Part shown: piece after piece, positions 56,619 to 64,000 of the stretch | How positions within the stretch are numbered: the stretch's first letter is position 1 | Layout of the letters: every line of letters starts with the position of its first letter | Assembly (NCBI RefSeq): GCF_009914755.1 | Contig: NC_060930.1 | Strand: one strand, 5' to 3' | DNA length: 64,000 nt | Origin: the human T2T-CHM13v2.0 reference genome, Homo sapiens | The notes under the pieces: model-generated | Seen by the model: only the letters and a program-made list of their open reading frames with translations | Database searches by the model: none | Told to the model about the DNA's origin: nothing | Program-made: the position numbers and the translations under genes

Positions 56619-56705
56619 GAAAGAAAGAAAAGGAGAGGGGGAGAGAGAGAGAGAAGGGGAGGGAGTGAGGGAGGGAGGGAGGGAGGAAGGAAGGAAGGAA
56701 GGAAA
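56531..56705 (+). repeat. Polypurine tract (GA)n/(GAAA)n/(GGGA)n/(GGAA)n
   Basis: ~175 nt of purines with a single T. Confidence 0.95.
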
Positions 56706-57030
56706 TTTTCTTCATAAATAATTTTTCTTTCTCTCAATAAATGAAAGTTCTGAAACTCTGGAGGTTTTTGTTTCAGCAATGGCAGTGCAGTGCTCTTGAA
56801 AGAAGTCTTCAGCAGTACTGCGAAGAATGTGCTAAAAGCCATGTTTCAGATACATAAATGGGGAAGGAATTCCGTAACTGAGGCAGCTTTTAAGACATAG
56901 CTGCAGCTCTCATATTGCTGTATGTATAGTTAAGGCTTATTAGTACTAGCTTGAGAATGCAATGAGAAAGGCAATTAAGGCAAGAGGATATAAATTATTC
57001 TAGTTACATGTAGAATTTTGTACCCACTTA

Positions 57031-57076
57031 TATTAGGTTGATGCAAATGTGACTGCAGTTTTTGCCATTACTTTCA
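57031..57076. mobile_element. Half MADE1 (mariner MITE)
   Basis: tattaggttgatgcaaatgtgactgcagtttttgccattacttt. Confidence 0.8.
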
Positions 57077-57554
57077 ACTTACTTTAACCTACTTAGTTAC
57101 ATCTACTTACAAAAAATATTACTTTCTTCTTTCTACTTTTCATCTACTTTCATCTTACTTTTAACCTACTTAGCTACATCCACTTACAAAAAATATTCTA
57201 TCGATACTTTCTGATTCTCTTTTTAAATTGACTCCTATTATTCTTCACTGGTTGTAATAGTGACATGTCTTCATTACAACTTTGTAAAGTACATAAAATA
57301 TAAAGAAAAAAAAATTAAAAATTTCTTACCAAGCAGGGAAAATCACTTTGACCTTTATATGTGTTTCCTTCTAATTTTTTCTACTTGTATGTATTTTGCT
57401 TCTTAGCAAAATTGGGATAATGCCATACATATATTTTTATATCATGATTCCTCTCCCTCCCCAACTATAACGTAAGCATATTCTCAGATTATTAGTGTTT
57501 GGAAACAGTTTAATGACTATATCATGTGCCATGATATGGACAGATGCATGAAGT

Positions 57555-57805
57555 GGTATGTGTAGGGGTTAAGACTGGAATATGGAGTGACACAGCCTAG
57601 GTTTGCAAACCAGCTCTGCTGCTCGCCAGCTGGGTGCCTTTGGGCAAGTTACTTGACCTCTCCTTACTGTCATTTCCTCAGCTCTAAAATGAGATTGAAA
57701 ATAAGGTTTATAAGGTTGTAAGGATTAAGTGGGTTAATATGTGGTCATTTTTAAAAACATTTAGCACAGTGCCTGGCACAAAGTAAGCAACGGCCATTAT
57801 TACCA
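57555..57805 (+). mobile_element. MIR inside L1M fragments
   Basis: tgggcaagttacttgacctctc...gttgtaaggattaagtg...ttagcacagtgcctggcacaaagtaagc. Confidence 0.85.
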
Positions 57806-57809
57806 TGAT

Positions 57810-58700
57810 TAATATGATGTTAAATAGACTGTTTCTGATTTTTCTTATTAAAAAAAAACCATGATGAAAGTTTTTATATTTGTCTTTTTTTCCATCTGAG
57901 TATTTCCTTAGGATAATTTTCTTAGAAGCAGAATTAGAGAAAGATTGCAAGATTTGACCTTCCTGCTTCCAACTTATAAGTTTGTCTATTTCACCACACT
58001 GTTGACAGTACTAAGAATTTTTATTTAAAACATTTTATACTAGGCTGTATGTTTGAATTTAAATTTGTATTTCTTTGACTATGATTTTAGAAGTTTTTAA
58101 AAAATATATTGTTATACACTTTTCCCCTGTAAGTTGTCCATTCACTTTCTTTCTCTTGTTTGTGGAAATTATTGACATATTAATATTTCAACTTGAAATC
58201 TGTCATATTTTTGGCAACTGTTTTCCCCAAATTTTTGATTTTAAATTTTGGAGGAGGCGGATGCTTTTTGTGATCCATGAATTATTTTTTAAGGACAAAT
58301 TTACCATCTTTTTATCTTTGTATTTTTTTCTATAGCTTTTATGCTTAGTAAGTCTGAAACTGCAGTATCTCCTTATCCACATTTTCCTCTAGGCTTTTTT
58401 GAACATTAAACTTTTTAGCCAATCTGTAATGTATATCGTATATTGACTATAATTTGAAGTAAGGACTGATGTTATGTATCCTTCAAATAGCTAACCATTT
58501 TCACAGAAATATCTATTTAATAACCCTTCCTTTCTGTATAAATGTAGTCTTCTCTGTGATATGCTAAATATATTAAAATGTTCTAGATGTTATTTCTGAA
58601 CTACGTATTATGTTCTGTTTCTGGCATGTTTATTTTTCTTTGGTACCATACTGTTTTAATATTGTAATTTCTGTAGTGCACTTTAATATCTGTGAGTACA
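57810..58700 (-). mobile_element. Old L1ME-like fragment
   Basis: tatttccttaggataattttcttagaagcagaatt; caaatagctaaccattttcacaga; gtaccatactgttttaat. Confidence 0.55.
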
Positions 58701-59773
58701 AGTCAAGGTACTTCCCTTTATGTCGGAAACCATAGCTGTGAAGTCCCCAGACCTGTTCTTAACCTTCTTTCCCTATACCTTCCTCAACTGTATATGCTGG
58801 GAAATAGAATTCCCTGTGTATGGTCATGTGCCCAAGTTCAGGCTAATGAGCTCTGAGCAGAAGTCTGAGGAATTTCTGGAAAAGCTTTCTGGTACATCCT
58901 AGCTTGTTTTGTCGTGGATTGTAGTTTCCCATAGGTGGAAGACTAAGAATCCTATTGTTATTCTTTTTTTCCTAATAGAGGGACAAGTATGAGGCTTTTA
59001 GGCACAATTTTAGGCATATATTTCCCATATAATGTTTCTCAGGTGTTAATAGGTATTTTGCGAAGAAATGAGTCCATGGCCATCTGGAAGTGGCATCCAT
59101 TACCCTTGGAGGTACAGTTTGCACATTAGCTATGAAAGCATCTTATTACCAACATTTTAACATTATTTCATATGGTGTTTCCAAAACCTGTATGAGCATA
59201 CGAAACCACTCTTTCCTTTTCTTTATTTGAGGAACACCTTAAAAGGAAGTCTGCTGTAAGGATTGTAAACTATTTTATCTCACTGAATAAATGACTAGAA
59301 AGGTAGAATGTTTTCAATTGATTCAAGTTATCCTCTCAATAATTAGTCTTTAAGAATGAAATAACTAGTTAAGATTCAAACACATGTATGGAATGGCTTA
59401 TATTGAGTTCTGTAAATATTTATCACACCATATTAGTTATTTCACATATATAGCAATTACAAACAATATATGAATAAAGCTACAGTTGGTTTCACATTTT
59501 GGCGACACTACTTAGACACTGCTCAAGCATCCATGCTCTCATTTTGTCTGGACCTCTTCTCTCTTTTACTCTGGTTTCCATCATGTTTCTCTATTCCTTG
59601 CCAGTCCGTACTGGATTAGTCATTATTGCCAAAGTGTCAGTCACGATTGTCACTGTTCGGCAGTCACTGTGGTTAAATTCTTGGTCTGTATGTCTGCAAC
59701 AGTCAAACTTCAGTTGAATAATTAATATTTATTTATGAACTGATATTATTAGTTGTTAAAATTTCTTTTCTCA

Positions 59774-60070
59774 GGCTGGGTGTGGTGGCTCACACCTGTA
59801 ATCCCAGCACTTTGGGAGGCCGAGGCGGGCGGATCATGAGGTCAGGAGATTGAGACCATCATGGACAACATGGTGAAACCACGTCTCTATTAAAAATACA
59901 AAAATTAGCTGGGATGGTGGCATATGCCTGTAATCCCAGCTACTCAGGAGACTGAAGCAGGAGAATCGCTTGAACCAGGGAGTCAGAGGTTGCAGTGAGC
60001 CGAGATGGCGCCACTGTGCTCCAGTCTGGTGACAGAACGAGACTCCATCTCAAAAAAAAAAAAAAAAAAA
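59774..60070 (+). mobile_element. Alu (AluSc-like)
   Basis: Full dimer with A tail; gagattgagaccatc. Confidence 0.95.
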
Positions 60071-60088
60071 TATTTTCCCTGCTAATGG

Positions 60089-61510
60089 CAGTTGACTCTT
60101 GAAAAATGTGGGAGTTAGGGGTATTGACCCCCACACAGTCAAAAATCCATGTATAACTTTTGATGTCTCAAAATCATAAGTACTAATAGCCTACTGTTGA
60201 CCAGAAGTCTTATTGGTAAACAGTTGATTAACACACGTTTTGTATATTATATGTATTTTATACTGTATTCTAACAATAAAGTAGAGTAGAGAATAGAAAA
60301 TGTTATTAAGAAAATCATGAGGAGGAAATACATATACAGCTGATATAGTTTGGATATTTATCCCTGCCCAAACCTCTTGTTGAATTGTAATCCCCAATGC
60401 TGGAGGTGGGGCCTGGTGGGAGGTGTTTGGATCATGGGAACGGATCCCTCACGAATGGCTTGGGCCATCCCCTTGGTGATAAGAGAGCTCTTGCTCTGAG
60501 TTCACATGATCTCCAGACCCTGTGCTCTCTCCTACTCCTGTTCTCACCGTGTGAGATGTTTGCTCCCCCTTTGCCTTGCACTATGAGTAAAAGCTCCCTG
60601 AGGCCTCCCAAGAAGCTGAGCAGATGCCACGCCATGATTCCTGAACAGCCTGCAGAACTGTGAGCCAATTAAACCTCGTTTCTTTATAAATAACACAGCC
60701 TTGGATGTTTCTTTATAGCAATGCAAGAATTGCACTGTACTGTATTTATTCATTCCTTAAGGTTACATTATCTGTTTACAAGATGAATCCTCTGTCTGAA
60801 ATGGCAGCAACCACAGCTGCAGACCTCAATTTCAATTCCTATCAAGCAATTTAACCTTTTCTTGTGATGTCATGACTTTTCTCTGCTTCTGGGCAGCACT
60901 TCCAGCATCACTTCATGTGGGTCCCATGGTGTTAGTCAAGGATTATGGTATTGAACTAAGCATGATGACAAATATGTAAAGACTGTGAGCGATCTGTCTG
61001 GACTGCAATTCACCATTTACTAGAGAGACAAATTGCTTGTGTGGAGATGATTAACGTCACATGGTGCTTTAAGAGTATAATGTGACATTTGAGCTCATTG
61101 CAGTAGCGATGGAAGGTGGCTATGAAATTATTACAGTAGTACAGTATAGACCACAGTTAATTTTATGCAGTAATGATTTAATATTGCATTTGTTTACATT
61201 TCCCACAATTGCAAATGGCACCTGATACGGTCTGTTTTTGTGCATACGTTTTGATAAGCTTTAACGTTTTATAATAGATTTTTGTGTATTTTATGATAGC
61301 AAATGATAAAATGGTAGCTACATATTTTTTATGTGTTCACGGCATATTTAACTTTTTCTCAATTTTTCTGATATTTCTAAGCTACGTAGTTCATAGCAGC
61401 TTTTACAAATTGTCACAAATCTCCCAAAATTTTTCTAATGTATTCATTGAAGAAAATTCATGTATAAGTGGGCCATGCAGTTCAAATCTGTGTTGTTCAA
61501 GGGTCAACTG
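60089..61510. mobile_element. Tigger2-family non-autonomous element (Tigger2b-like), interrupted by MST
   Basis: TIRs cagttgactcttgaa / ttcaagggtcaactg(ta); actaatagcctactgttgaccagaag interior. Confidence 0.88.
60341..60735 (+). mobile_element. MSTA/MSTB LTR nested in Tigger2
   Basis: tgatatagtttggatattt...aattgtaatccccaatgctggaggtggggcctgg...cagcctgcagaactgtgagccaattaaacctc. Confidence 0.9.
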
Positions 61511-62169
61511 TATACAGACATAATGCTGGAGAGGAACTTGCTTCCTTTGTGAAAGTAGTTTCAGCAAAAATACTTGCCATAAAATGACTAGGCTTTTTAT
61601 ATGGTTTGCCCAAGAACTTCCATGACTTCAGCCTCAATGCTACTAGGTTGAGTGTCCCTTAGAAGACTCTCCACGATGACTTAGAAGGGTTTGTTTATAT
61701 AAAGCAGCTTTCAGTCTCCATTGTAACCTGTTCCTTTTACTGCAATAACTGGAAATGAATCCATCTATTTTTTTGTGATACAAGTACTTAAAATGCTAAA
61801 ATTCCAGGTTTCAGAGAACCAGGTTTAATAGTGTATAACTTCTCTTTTATATAACGAGGCACTTATCCAGTGATTCCTGGTTATTTCAAGATTGGGGTCT
61901 AGGTAAAGGTAGATCAAATGGCTGTTCACTGTGGGAAATAGTAATTCATCAGACTTGCCATAGGAACTAACCGGCAAATTGTGGAACATAGATATTATTA
62001 TCATTGCCTTCAGTTTCAAATAGTTGAGTGAGGATTGTGATTTGTTAGATTTCAGAAAATGTATCATTTAATATAGTGGGTCAAGGATGATGCAAGCTCA
62101 AGAATTTGTTGCAAAGAATCTGCCACAATAAATGCATATCATTTATATTTTTTTGTGGCTGAATAAAGT

Positions 62170-62735
62170 AGATGTTTTACAAATCCAGTGCTACAAGAAT
62201 GCAATGGTAAATAAGATAGGATCTCTGTTTATGTTTTGGTTGGGAAGGTATTCGATAAATAAATAAATAAGCAAATAGCAGATAAGGATAAAATTGCTGT
62301 GCAGAGGATTAAAATAAAGTAATAGAAAGCAAGTGGATGGCTGTTTAAATCGTGTGGTCAGGGAAGGCCTCTCTGAAGTGATATCATTTCAACCGATATT
62401 TGATGACTAAAGAGGAGACTTCCATGAGCAAATCTTGCGGGGAGAGGATGCCAGGTGGAAGAGACTAAGGGCATTGGTCCTATGGAAGTTGGACGCTTGA
62501 TCTGAGGATCAGAAAGAAAGCCAGAAAGGTAAGGGCCAGATTATGCAGGCCTTTGTAAGCTTAGGCAAAGTGTTGGTATTTTATTCTTATTTAAAGGAAA
62601 ACATTGGAAGGCTTAAACAAACTTGTGTTTTATGATTTGATCCAATTCGGGTCTTAGAGTGATTACTCCTGCTGCTGCATGGGTTATGGAGTGACAAGAG
62701 TAGAGACAAGATCATTTAGTGGTCTGGATATGAGG
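62170..62735 (-). mobile_element. L2 fragment
   Basis: gtggtcagggaaggcctctctgaag...gggccagattatgcaggcctttgtaagc. Confidence 0.7.
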
Positions 62736-63774
62736 TCCTATGTTTGAAATAAGAACAACATCAGCAATAATAACCAGAACTGACATATTCTGTACTGTTA
62801 TGCACTGGTACCATGCTAGGCAACAGATGCATTGTTTAATTTAGTTATAAATGGACTACTTTTCAAATGTACGAGGGGGCTGTCATGAACCAAAAATATA
62901 AATTAGTTATAAAATTCTTCTAATCATGGTAATTTTTGTTACCCAATAAAAATCGTATTAAAATTATCGTTACACATGGAAGAGTTTGAGTAATTTCTTG
63001 ACCTTAAAGTGACCTTTATATTTGAAACTATCAGGAGTGAATATGTTAGGCAGAAAAAAATATTCAGTCCTACTCAGTGCTGATTAGGACTGGCTTCCAG
63101 AAGGTTACACTGCCATGAGGCAATAGCGGGGAGCCCGAAGGGACTGGGCTTAGCAGAAGGAAAGAATGGAGACAGGACAAGCTGTAGATCCTTCTGTCTC
63201 AACTATGAGATTGCAACCTATAAAAAAACAAATTCAGGAAGAGTAGCAAAAATGCCAATCTAACACAAGCAAGCACCAATCTCTGGGTTTAGAGGAGCTT
63301 GTCTGAGGGGAATGGCAGGGGAAAGGGTTTGGGGGCTTTTTGCAGTAGCCAAAGCCTGAGTCAACTGCAATTGGAGTCATTAACTGGAGAAGGTGGTTTA
63401 AGAATAAGGGAAATTGAGTTAGATTTTAACACCAGTGGGCAAGAGTATAATGTAAGCAAAGAAAGAAAGCAGGACCCTTGTCACCCATCTCTGGGGTCCA
63501 CGAGAGCATCACTGGATGACAGAGCCAATGACAGAAGGAGATCCAGGGTGGGAGAAATAGGAGCAGAACAGGTCAGAAAGGTTGACCAAACTCTCCAAGG
63601 TAGAGTGGAGAACCTGCCCACCCAGAGTTGATCCCAGTGCCTCAGGCTTCAAGATTCTTTGGCTTGTTGGTCACCAGACACAGAAAGAACATGAGGTGTC
63701 TAGAATGCAGGTGTACCTGAAAGGGAGGGTATCCCCTTCTGATACATGCTGTTGGGTCTTGGATGGGTTGGTTT

Positions 63775-63916
63775 CAATGGTATGCTAGATCCAGTTTGTA
63801 CCTGTGTTCAGTGGTATCAAATTGGTACCTTGAAATTGACCATAATGGGAGCACTTACACCATAGAAATCAGCAAATCAGTCTCACCCAGAGACCTGGTT
63901 TAGCAACATACCACTG
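63775..63916 (+). mobile_element. MER63A-like hAT MITE
   Basis: TIRs caatggtatgct / acataccactg; gtgttcagtgg...ttgaaattgaccataatgggagcacttacacca; partial TSD gttgg. Confidence 0.7.
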
Positions 63917-64000
63917 GTTGGCACAATTCACAGGTGATTGGATACAATACCGCAATGGGCCATAATTCCAAGAGATATAATTTTATGGTAAAAATTGTTC

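Noticed and set aside
56422-56842. F/L/S-rich ORFs
   Set aside because: Reverse translation of the polypurine repeat
62869-62880. tacgagggg, similar to a mariner (Hsmar2) TIR start
   Set aside because: Only 9 bp of match and no second TIR

Overview
Primate (very likely human) AT-rich, CpG-poor genomic DNA, intronic or intergenic. I could not support any host protein-coding exon, RNA gene or CpG-island promoter. Every long ORF in the track that I could recognise comes from L1 ORF2, Alu or microsatellites. The window is dominated by interspersed repeats: about 15 Alu/FLAM-type copies, L1PA/L1PB and old L1M fragments, L2, MIR, L3, MaLR LTRs (MST/MLT1), ERV LTRs (MER41 x2, MER4, LTR10, MLT2) and DNA-transposon MITEs (Tigger2, Charlie1, MER107, MER63, MER5A, MADE1/2). 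Notable structures: (1) a ~310-bp unit present three times in +/-/+ orientation at 12.9-15.6 kb; (2) a ~130-bp inverted local copy inserted into an L1M element that preserves the empty, pre-Alu version of a site 1.3-1.7 kb away; (3) a 3-kb cluster of five LTRs including a three-level nest MLT2>MER41A>LTR10, where LTR10 carries a 19/20 p53 response element and the neighbouring MER41 carries a GAS (STAT) motif; (4) a repeat-free block at 17.7-18.9 kb with a full CRE, a hairpin-sequestered perfect splice donor and a minus-strand 3'-end-like signature. Repeat subfamily names are from recall of consensus sequences, and boundaries of old repeats are approximate.
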